Origin: Candidatus Heimdallarchaeota archaeon
GTDB lineage: Archaea > Asgardarchaeota > Heimdallarchaeia > Heimdallarchaeales > Heimdallarchaeaceae
DNA length: 64,000 nucleotides
Direction of reading: 5' to 3'
Assembly: GCA_016840095.1 (NCBI GenBank)
Contig: JAEOSZ010000031.1
Span: 128,001-192,000 of the forward strand
This document shows, in pieces, positions 1 to 9,642 of the stretch. Numbering within the stretch: the first letter of the stretch is position 1; each line of letters opens with the position of its first letter. The position numbers were made by a program, and so were the translations under genes. The notes beneath the pieces are model-generated. The model did no database searches. It was not told the DNA's origin and worked only from the letters and a program-made list of their open reading frames with translations.

Positions 1-48
1 AGTGCTCGTTTTATCCTTTCTATTGTTTTTAATACCATTTTTATCCCA

Positions 49-1497
49 TTATGAAATTATTAATGATCTGAATTTGTTTATCCATTTATTCAAGTATGAT
101 TTTATCTTATCATTACCATACTTTGAAAATATAAAAACTATTCCAACTGTCGCAATTAACACGATTAGCAGAATTAAACCTACTAGATATGTTTGCTTTG
201 AATAGAAGGTGAAAAAGATTGTTACAAGAATTAATTGGAGTATTGAAGTTGCAAAACCTAGTTTCCAAAAAGTCTTGATCTTTATAGGTCGATTGTTTTG
301 TTCTGCTATATTGAAAACTAGAATATTATCTCCCAGAGGAGTAAGATTATCACCCCAGTTAGCTCCAAAAGCAAGTGCATAATAATAGTAACTATTTCCA
401 GAAGACATTATTCCTACAATTGGAAGAAGTACCTTCGTTATAGGTATATTATCAATGAGTGCACTTAGAAAAGCTCCAATCCATATTATCAAAATTAACT
501 GAAAAATCGGATTGTTACTTCCCAAACCTTTCAAAGCATTTCCAATTACATCTATTACCCCTACTATTTCTAATCCGCCAGCAATAACAAATATTCCTAG
601 AAGATACAACAGAAGCTCAACATCAAATTTCCTCATGATTTCTTTCGGTTTCACACCGAAAAATGTACTGAAAATTGTTAAGAGCATCGCAATTGATAGT
701 GCAATGACATCTGGAGTAATTATTGGAGAATTTATGCTTACAAGTAATATGATCAAAACAACTAACGAACTCATGGATGCATACAGGAGTTTTCTATTAG
801 GGACAAAGTTCCATACATTAAATTCCTCAAGATTTGCAACCATTCTTCTTCTAGGTTCTCTCAGTTCCTGTCTATAGAGAAATATGAAAAATCCAATTGT
901 CACTCCTGCTATTAATAAGGAAAATAATCCTACATTTACAAAGAATTCATTGAAACTTATACCAGATTCTGTCACAATCAGAATATTAGGAATTGACGAA
1001 ATTGAGAAAAATGTACCACCAATATTGACCATAATAGCTTCTGTAATAATATAAGGAGTTGGATCAATATTTAGCATACGAGAGATAGTTATTGTCAATG
1101 GTATAAGTACCATAACTGTTAGTATATTGTTGATCAAAGCAGAAAAAATAACTGATACTATTGCCATAATTGTCATTAGTCTGATAGGTTTTCCTTTAGA
1201 TAGTTTTATTGCTAAAACCCCTAAGAATTGGAATAAGCCTGCTTCATCTGATATTTGCACTATAAACATCATACCAACAATCAAAATTAATGAATGTAGG
1301 TTTACGAATTGATCATCCAATGTACCAAAAAGCAATTCAACAATAACATCAAAACCTTTTTTCTCTATGAAAACCAGAACAAAGTAAGTAATTACTGCAG
1401 CTGTTAAAGATGCAATGGCTCTGTTTAGCTTGTCAGTAAACAATAGTACTACTACTGCTAAGAAACATACCCCAATTATTATCTGACTAGCTAACAT
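49..1497 (-). CDS. SLC13/ArsB/NhaD (ion transporter superfamily) permease, P-protein-like
   Basis: About 12 hydrophobic segments; motifs FSALINN, NIGGTF..ISSIPNI, LSALIDNIP, GANWGDNLTPLG are typical of ArsB/CitMHS permeases. Start placed at ATG 1497 (MLASQ); the ORF track extends to 1575. Confidence 0.85.
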   Translation of the reverse strand: MLASQIIIGVCFLAVVVLLFTDKLNRAIASLTAAVITYFVLVFIEKKGFDVIVELLFGTLDDQFVNLHSLILIVGMMFIVQISDEAGLFQFLGVLAIKLSKGKPIRLMTIMAIVSVIFSALINNILTVMVLIPLTITISRMLNIDPTPYIITEAIMVNIGGTFFSISSIPNILIVTESGISFNEFFVNVGLFSLLIAGVTIGFFIFLYRQELREPRRRMVANLEEFNVWNFVPNRKLLYASMSSLVVLIILLVSINSPIITPDVIALSIAMLLTIFSTFFGVKPKEIMRKFDVELLLYLLGIFVIAGGLEIVGVIDVIGNALKGLGSNNPIFQLILIIWIGAFLSALIDNIPITKVLLPIVGIMSSGNSYYYYALAFGANWGDNLTPLGDNILVFNIAEQNNRPIKIKTFWKLGFATSILQLILVTIFFTFYSKQTYLVGLILLIVLIATVGIVFIFSKYGNDKIKSYLNKWINKFRSLIIS

Positions 1498-1651
1498 CTT
1501 ATAAACCCAAACAGCTGTTGAATAGTTCGTTACTTGATTATATTTCCTTCTCTCAACAATGAAGTTATAAAACATATCGAAATAACAGCAAAAATCATTC
1601 TTAATCAGTAAAGTAATTTAATAAAAGAAAAAGATGTTTGGAGGAGAAGAA

Positions 1652-4600
1652 TTACAGAATATTTAGCTGTATTAGTTTTTGACGAAGCAAAAGCATAGCT
1701 TCCTTACTTCTTTCTCTCCAAGTTATACCTTGTTTGATCTCATTTCGAAGATTTCTAGAAAGTTCAATATCTCCTGTAGGAACTCTTGTATAAAGAATAA
1801 GAGTGTCGTGAAGTTCAATTATCTCTCGAATATACCGAACCATTGATTTATGATATCGTTTCAAACGGTTAAGATTGGTAGTTAGATTATTTTCGAGATC
1901 AAGAACTATACATGTAAGCCTATTAAGTCTAAATCGGTATTTACGTAAATCTCTTTTTAATTCAGATAGGAATACAAAATGATTGTCATATCCTTGTAGT
2001 TCAGATTTAAGTTGGAAGTCAATCGAAGGAAAACCTGAAACTTTGGCATATATCCACTCATCAAATGAAGAATAACCATTAGAAATTGAATCATCCCACT
2101 GTTCTTTTGATGAAAAACCGTGTTGTATTGCAAAACGATAATCTTCACCTGAAGTGAAACCTAAATCTGTACCTTTAGAATATTCAGTATAAGATTTGAA
2201 ATTGTGTACCTTAGCAATTTTATGTCTTTTCAGCATTTTACGTAGAATTTTAGAACAGAAATATAATCCAACATAGATGGGAATAAGGTAGAAGAAGAAG
2301 AGTAGATACCAGTTATCCCATCTAGTTGGATGTTTGCCTAAAGCATATTCTCTAATGTTAACAATACCATCTTTGTCAGGGTCATCCATAGCATCTTTCT
2401 TGCGAGGATCAGTACCATGAGAAACTTCCCAACCGTCCGGTAACGAGTCCCTGTCTGTGTCCTCTTTAAGAGGTCTTGTACGGTAGATTTTAACTTCTTG
2501 ATAATCTGATAAATTATCGTCATCACTGTCGACATCATGTGGATCGGTTTTATAGACATATTCAAGCAAATTGGTCAATCTATCATTATCCTCATCATTT
2601 TTTTCTTCATGAACTAGAGGATTAAGTTTATGTTCTATCTCGTAGCCATCTGGAAGAGTGTCATAGTCCGAATCATACCAGTTTGGTTGAGTGCCATAAA
2701 GATATTCATGGTAATTGAGAACATCATCGCAATCAAGGTCATCATAAGCATTTCTAACAGTCAGACTGAGACCATATGTTGCTTCCCAAGAATCTGGCAT
2801 TTTGTCTAGATCTGTATCATTAGAAAACGGATTGGAACCTAGGTAGAACTCTTCTAAGTTGGTTAGAGTATCATTGTCATAGTCATCAGATGAATCATCA
2901 AAGAGAGGATTCAAACCAACTTCAACTTCATATCCGTCAAGCATTAGGTCAAAATCTGAATCTTGATTTAATGCATCAGTTTTATACTGTTTAACTTCCA
3001 TACCATCAACTAAATTGTCAAAATCACTGTCTTCAAAACATGGGTCAGTTTCTAGTTGATATTCCTCAATATTCAGAAGACCATCATTATCTTTGTCACC
3101 TCTTGAATCGTTTATGAATGGATTCAGGTTATTTTCAATTTCATATAAATCATCAAGTTGATCAAAATCTGTGTCTACTAAGTTTGGCGAAGTTCCATAA
3201 ACATATTCTTCAAAGTTGTTCAAGCCATCAAGATCAAAGTCTTCTAAACTATCATTTTCAAACGGATTTAGGTTATTTTGAATCTCCCACCAGTCAAAAA
3301 TCAGGTCATTGTCTGTGTCTTCTAGCACAGGTGATGTACCATGAATCAACAACTCCTCAGCATCAGAAAGATTATCAAAATCACTATCTGGTAAGAGCGG
3401 ATTTGTAGGATATTCGTACACTTCCTTATAATCTGACAATGTATCATAATCTGTATCAAAATATTGAGCATTAGTCTTATAGGTATATTCTTCTAAATTT
3501 GTCAATAAATCTTCATCTGGATCTTCGAAAGAATCGTTGAACAATGGATTAAGAAGATTACAGATCTCCCAATAGTCGTCCATGAGGTCAAAATCAGAAT
3601 CTGAGCAATTAGGGTGTGTTTTATAGACAAATTCTAACTGATTTGGAAGTTTATCACCATCTAAGTCTTCATTTGAATCTTTTACTAACGGATCTAAATT
3701 ATATTCTACTTCCCACCAATCGATCATAGAATCATCATCAGAATCACTCTTTCTAGCATTTGTTTTGTATACAAAGACTTCTTCCCAATCTGATAACAAA
3801 TCTGAATCTGTATCATTGTTATTTGGATCTAAGTTATAGGAGTAGATTTCTGAGTAATCACTTATATTGTCTGAATCTGTATCGTTTGAATTGAAATCAG
3901 TGTGATAAATGAAATATTCCAACCCATCATCTATCTGATCTGCGTCAGAATCAGAAAATGAAATTGATGACCCTAATATTAGTTCATTTGTATCATCTAA
4001 ATAGTCACCATCACTGTCAATGCTTCGGGTTCTTGAAGGACCTCCGTTATATGCGGGTACTCTATGCTTACCATTTGTGGGTAGTCCAAAGATTTCCCAA
4101 CAATACAGATAGTCATTCTCACAGATAGCAAGTAATTCAATTCTACCATTGTTATCAAGGTCTGTCAAGAGAACAGCTGACCTAATAACTGTATGACAAT
4201 AGTAAGTTATTAATTCCAAACCGTTTTCATTTAGGATCTTAAATTGGTTATCTTCGGTAAATACGATTATTTCCAAGGAACCATCACTAGTTAAGTCAAT
4301 CACAACAGGTGTTCCAACAAGTGACTCTCCAACATTGAACGTAAATTTTTGAATACCTAAATTGGAAAACTGACAAACCATTCCTGAATCTGAGCATAAT
4401 AAGATGTCCATGTTTCCATCAAGATTAATATCTGCAATCAATGGATTTTTGTAATTGCCATAATTAAGAGTTTGACTCCAAAGAGATGTACCTAATGAGC
4501 TTATACAGTGAATGCTTGTTTCAGTAGTTACTATAATTTCTAGTGTGTCTTGTATGTTATCGAAATTTGCCACTCCAATCCCTCCAGATGCGTAATTATC

Positions 4601-5302
4601 AACGTTATAGGTCCATTTAATATTTCCTTCACCATCAAAACAAAATAGCAATTTACCATGGGTAACAATTATCTCACCCAAACCATCATTATTGATGTCA
4701 ATCGAACAAGGTTCTCCAGTCTCACCTGAAAGAGAAAATGAATGCTGCCAAAGTAGTTCTCCTGTATTTGAGAAACAGAATAATCCATCCCATTGAGTAC
4801 TTGCTATAATCTCAAAATCACTATCTCCATTAACATCACAGATACATGGTGACGAGAAGATAGAGTTATCATTAGGTCGGGTATATGCCCATGCAAGTGA
4901 ACCATCATGATTCTGGACATAGATCTGTCCTGCTAAGGCATTGATTATTTCTGCATAATTATCGTTATCAATATCAGCAACAGCACAGGATGATTGAGTA
5001 GCAAATGATAGGTCATTTATTTTCCATTTTAACTTTCCTGAATTACTTAAACAATAACCTGTAGTTAGGATTTCTTGTTTTCCATCTCGGTCAAGATCTA
5101 CTATAGTAGGTGTTTGAGTACACCATTCAAACGGATATACCCAATCTATCTGGAAAATTAGTTCACTGATATCAATATTGATGAAATTAGTGTTGTTATC
5201 CTCCAAAGCACTGCCTTTTGCAGAATTATTCAAAAAACTCACATAAATTATAATTACAAAAACAATTCCCGTTATCAACCTTCTCTTAAATCTCTTGACC
5301 AT
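1652..5302 (-). CDS. Large single-pass surface protein: FG-GAP/PQQ-like beta-propeller + about 25 thrombospondin-3-like Ca-binding (DxDxDxL.D..E) repeats + TM + cytosolic domain
   Basis: N-terminal signal/TM; repeats DLDRDGKQEI, DIDNDNYAEI, DVNGDSDFEI, DINNDGLGEI; long array of DSDxDxLxDxxE...TxP repeats; TM WYLLFFFYLIPIYVGLYF followed by basic residues. Probable start ATG 5302 (track 5335). Confidence 0.85.
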   Translation of the reverse strand: MVKRFKRRLITGIVFVIIIYVSFLNNSAKGSALEDNNTNFINIDISELIFQIDWVYPFEWCTQTPTIVDLDRDGKQEILTTGYCLSNSGKLKWKINDLSFATQSSCAVADIDNDNYAEIINALAGQIYVQNHDGSLAWAYTRPNDNSIFSSPCICDVNGDSDFEIIASTQWDGLFCFSNTGELLWQHSFSLSGETGEPCSIDINNDGLGEIIVTHGKLLFCFDGEGNIKWTYNVDNYASGGIGVANFDNIQDTLEIIVTTETSIHCISSLGTSLWSQTLNYGNYKNPLIADINLDGNMDILLCSDSGMVCQFSNLGIQKFTFNVGESLVGTPVVIDLTSDGSLEIIVFTEDNQFKILNENGLELITYYCHTVIRSAVLLTDLDNNGRIELLAICENDYLYCWEIFGLPTNGKHRVPAYNGGPSRTRSIDSDGDYLDDTNELILGSSISFSDSDADQIDDGLEYFIYHTDFNSNDTDSDNISDYSEIYSYNLDPNNNDTDSDLLSDWEEVFVYKTNARKSDSDDDSMIDWWEVEYNLDPLVKDSNEDLDGDKLPNQLEFVYKTHPNCSDSDFDLMDDYWEICNLLNPLFNDSFEDPDEDLLTNLEEYTYKTNAQYFDTDYDTLSDYKEVYEYPTNPLLPDSDFDNLSDAEELLIHGTSPVLEDTDNDLIFDWWEIQNNLNPFENDSLEDFDLDGLNNFEEYVYGTSPNLVDTDFDQLDDLYEIENNLNPFINDSRGDKDNDGLLNIEEYQLETDPCFEDSDFDNLVDGMEVKQYKTDALNQDSDFDLMLDGYEVEVGLNPLFDDSSDDYDNDTLTNLEEFYLGSNPFSNDTDLDKMPDSWEATYGLSLTVRNAYDDLDCDDVLNYHEYLYGTQPNWYDSDYDTLPDGYEIEHKLNPLVHEEKNDEDNDRLTNLLEYVYKTDPHDVDSDDDNLSDYQEVKIYRTRPLKEDTDRDSLPDGWEVSHGTDPRKKDAMDDPDKDGIVNIREYALGKHPTRWDNWYLLFFFYLIPIYVGLYFCSKILRKMLKRHKIAKVHNFKSYTEYSKGTDLGFTSGEDYRFAIQHGFSSKEQWDDSISNGYSSFDEWIYAKVSGFPSIDFQLKSELQGYDNHFVFLSELKRDLRKYRFRLNRLTCIVLDLENNLTTNLNRLKRYHKSMVRYIREIIELHDTLILYTRVPTGDIELSRNLRNEIKQGITWRERSKEAMLLLRQKLIQLNIL

Positions 5303-5614
5303 TTGAGACACCTTTTTTACAAGGTAAGAGTACAAGATATTTCATCACGTTACACAGTTAAATACCAGAAAAATTGTTAAGCAAACCATATTCATTTTCT
5401 TCTACTCTTCTTGTATTCCGATAATAATAGGTAGAGGCCTTAATAACTGTTAATACATTGTTTTTATTATTGGAAAATTTGACGGAGTAAAATATATTAG
5501 TGCATAAGGCACACACATTCGAAAATTAATAATTAGAATAGTATCTATCTTAATAATTAGATTAGTTTATTTAAAGAATCAACATTCAAATCTTTTACTT
5601 TCTTTACACTTCTT

Positions 5615-6703
5615 TTATTCAGTATACACTATGGAACGATTATTGTCTATCAGTTCAATTTTTTCTCCTTCAAGTCCAGTGAGGTTTGTAAAATAACATG
5701 GCAATCCTCTTGCAGTTAAGAAATCAGTACCCTTCATTAACTGGAAATGAAGATGAGGTGCAGTAGAATTGCCAGAATTTCCTAATAAACCAAGGACTTG
5801 TCCTTGTTTGACTTTCTCTCCTTTGTTCACTTTGATGCTTCCAGGAATTAAATGTGCATAGAATGAACTCTCATTCCCTGAATGTTCAACTATAACGTAG
5901 TTTCCAGCAACTATAGGTTTGTATCCATGTTTTTCAAAGGTCTCCTTGACTAATTCTTGAGACATTAATTCCCCAGCTACAGGATTTTCTGGAATTAAAT
6001 CAAAAGTATCAATAACCTCTCCATCAGCAATAGCAAGAACTTCTTTTCCATGGAAACAGAAATTTTCATTATTATTCCCTTTTGGAGGAAGGAAATTCAT
6101 ATTCTCATCCAATTGTCCTAAATCAAAACCAAATTCCTGCGAATGCATTCTCCTATGTTCGTAAGGATTATCAAAAGTATTAAGCACAAGCCACGTTCCT
6201 TTGAGAGGAAAGATGTACTCATTTCTATTTTCATGTTGGAAGAGATGTATAGTACAAACTTTCTCTTTCTCTTGTTCTTCCTCAATATAAGTTACAGTTA
6301 GAATCAACTTATTTACAGATCCAAAATCCAAATGAGTGAAGTACTCTAATCTAAAACCAGTTTCTTGGTTAGGTTTCAGGATGTTTGAAGAATAATTTTC
6401 TACGTCCCAAAATTGTTCCACTCCTAAGAAAATTTTCGAAACATCAGGATTAACTAATCTGTCTAAAATCTTTTTTACATCTTCAGATTTTTCCTTAATT
6501 ATCTCTTCATTGTAACTGATTGTTCTAACACAGTTATTGTTTTTCAGTATTTCAAATTTGTATTGTACTAACCTAATTACATCATCTGAATCATTTCTAA
6601 TTTTAACTGCTCTTAAAAGAAAAGTAGATTCTACCCTTTCAATGTAATCTAGTTTTCTTAAACCATTAATCAAGTAATCCGAAGGAAGATAAGAGATTTC
6701 CAT
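5615..6703 (-). CDS. M23 family zinc metallopeptidase (LytM-like), no obvious signal peptide
   Basis: H...FGFD, VLAIADGEV, GNYVIVEH, YAHL, VKQGQVLGLLGNSGNSTAPHLHFQ. Confidence 0.9.
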   Translation of the reverse strand: MEISYLPSDYLINGLRKLDYIERVESTFLLRAVKIRNDSDDVIRLVQYKFEILKNNNCVRTISYNEEIIKEKSEDVKKILDRLVNPDVSKIFLGVEQFWDVENYSSNILKPNQETGFRLEYFTHLDFGSVNKLILTVTYIEEEQEKEKVCTIHLFQHENRNEYIFPLKGTWLVLNTFDNPYEHRRMHSQEFGFDLGQLDENMNFLPPKGNNNENFCFHGKEVLAIADGEVIDTFDLIPENPVAGELMSQELVKETFEKHGYKPIVAGNYVIVEHSGNESSFYAHLIPGSIKVNKGEKVKQGQVLGLLGNSGNSTAPHLHFQLMKGTDFLTARGLPCYFTNLTGLEGEKIELIDNNRSIVYTE

Positions 6704-6769
6704 ATCCGTGAGTTAAGTATCTGATATAATAATATTACTAGATATACCTTCCCTTAACTGTCCAATTCA

Positions 6770-8356
6770 TCAAATATATGTAATAGTATTATTAGCGAGT
6801 ATACATGCAAGTTCCTCTTGATCAATGTTGCCACTGACTAAATCAACATCATTGTCAAATGCAAGTGTATTGTTTTCTATTCTGAAATTTGTACAGTTGT
6901 AGATTGTAAAAACTTGAAAATAGTTAATCGAAATAAAGAAGCAAAAGTAAATATCAATATTTGAGGAATAATACATTGCAACTGCCGTTCTTCCACTCAT
7001 AGCTGTTGAATTTGTAATCAGAATATTTGTCGAATTTATGATCGTGATTTTCCTTCCAAAAGCGCTAGCTAAAGGACATGCTATGTTCAGAAATTCAATA
7101 CTAATATTCTGTGAAAAACTCAAATAAAATTCTAGAGTAGTAGCATCTATATATGAAAGATTTCCTTTTTGCGAGTATCTAATGGATATGAGTCCAGCCG
7201 TCATGTTTAGTTGATATAGATTTAAATGAGTGGAATTTCTAAAATAGAAACTTCCTTCAATAACTGATGAATTAGTTATATTGATTTCTGAGCAATTTAG
7301 AAATGATAATGAGTATCCTTCAAAATCCGATTGACTAATAGTTATTACCTGGCAGTTGATCAAATTTAATCTATTACTCAAGCTTTCTTCTGAAAAATTT
7401 TGTTCAATGAAGGAGATATTCCTGCAGTTATAGAATAAGAAGTAAGAATATTTTTCATCAATATTTAAGTCTGTTTTGTTTTTGTGTACTTGTAAATTTC
7501 TTCCATTCAAGAAAGTATTTTCAATCAAAATGTTATCATAAAATTCTATATCAAACATGTTAAGAGATACTGCGTAATTGGATAAATTAATGTTTATCAT
7601 AGTTAAGTGAAAAGCATCTAGAATATACAATTCTGCACCTTTACCTGGGGAGCTGTAGAAGTAATTGTTATCAAGAATAACATTATTTGTGTAGCAAATA
7701 CTAAACTGCATTTTGTTTTCTACTAAAGTATTGTTTACAAACCAGAAATTCTTATTGTTTACTTCATAATTTGATATCTTTGGTTCACCGTATAATTGGT
7801 TAAATTCAGTACTCAAGCTTACTATTTCATAGTTTGAACTGAATTCACAGTTAGAAATTGTGAGATTCTCAAAGTTATTTAGTACAATACTACGACCACC
7901 ATTTCTGAATTCACAGTTGTCAATTACAACAGACCCTTCGCTAACTTTTGTGATTTTTATTGGATTCCATTTAGTATTCTCAAAAACGCAATTCTTAATT
8001 TGATAACTGAAATTGCTTAAATCATACAATCTTATACCGTATTCTACATTTTTGAAAGTACAATTTTGAATTATGAAGTTTTTTGAAGTTGAGCTGATTT
8101 TTATTAATGCTTGGTAAGGAGTTCTTGTTTTTGTAAATTCAAGATTCTCTATTCTATATGGATTTTCAAGAGTTCCTGCTCCAGGGATGAAATATCGGTT
8201 AAAATCACTATCCTTACTGATATCGATTCCATATCTTGGTAACCTATAATATGCTAATACTGGAATAATGACTGATAGTACTATTAACACACTAACCACT
8301 ATCACCCATAATCTGGATAACTTCAATGCAAACCACATTTTGATACTCAGAAGCAT
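6770..8356 (-). CDS. Right-handed parallel beta-helix (NosD/pectin-lyase-like) surface protein, N-terminal membrane anchor
   Basis: N-terminal TM; GAGTLENPYRIENL cap motif; repeated I.NC.F units. Confidence 0.85.
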   Translation of the reverse strand: MLLSIKMWFALKLSRLWVIVVSVLIVLSVIIPVLAYYRLPRYGIDISKDSDFNRYFIPGAGTLENPYRIENLEFTKTRTPYQALIKISSTSKNFIIQNCTFKNVEYGIRLYDLSNFSYQIKNCVFENTKWNPIKITKVSEGSVVIDNCEFRNGGRSIVLNNFENLTISNCEFSSNYEIVSLSTEFNQLYGEPKISNYEVNNKNFWFVNNTLVENKMQFSICYTNNVILDNNYFYSSPGKGAELYILDAFHLTMININLSNYAVSLNMFDIEFYDNILIENTFLNGRNLQVHKNKTDLNIDEKYSYFLFYNCRNISFIEQNFSEESLSNRLNLINCQVITISQSDFEGYSLSFLNCSEINITNSSVIEGSFYFRNSTHLNLYQLNMTAGLISIRYSQKGNLSYIDATTLEFYLSFSQNISIEFLNIACPLASAFGRKITIINSTNILITNSTAMSGRTAVAMYYSSNIDIYFCFFISINYFQVFTIYNCTNFRIENNTLAFDNDVDLVSGNIDQEELACILANNTITYI

Positions 8357-8397
8357 TAATAATAGTTTTGCAAACCAAAACTAAAGTTCAAATAATA

Positions 8398-9072
8398 TTA
8401 GTTATCCAATGTAACCTTCTTATTTACTATAATCAAAAATCTAGCTAATATCAGTGTAAAGTAGATGAAGAATGCGTAAATTGTAACCTTTTCAAGTATT
8501 CCCAAAGTGGCCCAGATAAACCATTGGAAGAAAATCATTGCGATTCCATAAGCTAAGAAGCAAATTATAATGATGAAGATAACAGAATAATCGAGAACCC
8601 AAATCTTGAACTGTTTATATCTAGAGTTCTTATCCATTGTTTTAACATAGATTCCCCATAAAATAGCAGCTACAATTACAAATAGATAAGCACCAACTGC
8701 AAAGATGATGTGAAGTACAAAAAAATCTCCTTCGTTGAAAACACCAGCAAGAGCAAGGAAAGGACCTATAAGAGTTCCAGATATAGTAAGAGCAATGCTT
8801 AATTTTGGTTTGTGATCTCCTTCTTTCTTTAGATTATAATAGATTGCTGGAAAACAAGGTATCATTAGAACTCCTGAAAAAAGCAATGTCAAGTTGAAAT
8901 ACATTGCATAGGGATTGTCATGTCCCGTAACTGATATTACATCTTTGATGAAATCGTGATCTTCAACAAGTAACATAACTGTTAATGTTCCAACAATGAA
9001 AAGAATTATTGAAATGATAGCACTAATTAATCCTGCATTAATGAGTAGCTTTGTTCTTCTTTCTGTAAGCAT
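8398..9072 (-). CDS. DUF998/Frag1-like multi-pass membrane protein
   Basis: 5-6 TMs; ISVTG..NPYAMYFN, LAGVF, LH..FA motifs. Confidence 0.6.
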   Translation of the reverse strand: MLTERRTKLLINAGLISAIISIILFIVGTLTVMLLVEDHDFIKDVISVTGHDNPYAMYFNLTLLFSGVLMIPCFPAIYYNLKKEGDHKPKLSIALTISGTLIGPFLALAGVFNEGDFFVLHIIFAVGAYLFVIVAAILWGIYVKTMDKNSRYKQFKIWVLDYSVIFIIIICFLAYGIAMIFFQWFIWATLGILEKVTIYAFFIYFTLILARFLIIVNKKVTLDN

Positions 9073-9160
9073 TCAACAAAAGAGAAAGAAAAAGATATTT
9101 ATTTTTATCGGATAATCGATGATACCCATTATTTATATATTTTAGCAAGTTATTTCTCTT

Positions 9161-9637
9161 ATGACATCTATCAAAGTAGCAATCATAAACGAGATGAGAG
9201 CTGTTTTTAAAATGCTGAATGATGCTATTTCTAGGATTGAAGGAGATTTTTGGAAAGAGAAGGAAAATGAATGGATGTATGGATATGTACTCTTTCATTC
9301 AATTGAAGCAATCGAATTCTACATGTCTGATTCTTCAGATTCTTGGATTCCTCTAAGTGGTGTATCAGAAAATTCTGAAGAAAAAGAAACAGAGACTTTG
9401 AAAACTCTGAATCAGAAGTTTTTCAAAAATTATCTCCATAAAGTAGAGAAACATACTTTCAATGTATTAGATAAACTGACAGACAAAGATTTACTGGAAA
9501 ATGATGGATTTGGTGTAAGAGGGTTCACTTCTAGATTACACAAGTTCTCATACGTAATTAGACATTCAATGGTTCATCTTGGAGAGCTCTCTAAGACTGT
9601 ACGTGATTTCGGAATGAAGAGTATTAAGTGGGAATAG
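9161..9637 (+). CDS. DinB/YfiT-like four-helix-bundle protein
   Basis: LFHSIE and IRHSMVHLGEL metal-binding His pattern. Confidence 0.8.
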   Translation: MTSIKVAIINEMRAVFKMLNDAISRIEGDFWKEKENEWMYGYVLFHSIEAIEFYMSDSSDSWIPLSGVSENSEEKETETLKTLNQKFFKNYLHKVEKHTFNVLDKLTDKDLLENDGFGVRGFTSRLHKFSYVIRHSMVHLGELSKTVRDFGMKSIKWE

Positions 9638-9642
9638 TTTTT

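Noticed and set aside
1652-5302. True integrin-alpha orthologue
   Set aside because: No thigh/calf Ig domains or GFFKR motif; FG-GAP repeats are widespread in prokaryotes
5358-5516. 52-codon minus-strand ORF with CxxC in the 280-bp intergenic gap
   Set aside because: No RBS or recognisable similarity; length is compatible with chance
6704-6769. Integron attC site (imperfect inverted repeat AGTTAAG...CTTAACT between co-oriented genes)
   Set aside because: Core order is GTT...AAC rather than RYYYAAC...GTTRRRY; no integrase; neighbouring genes are not uniformly oriented
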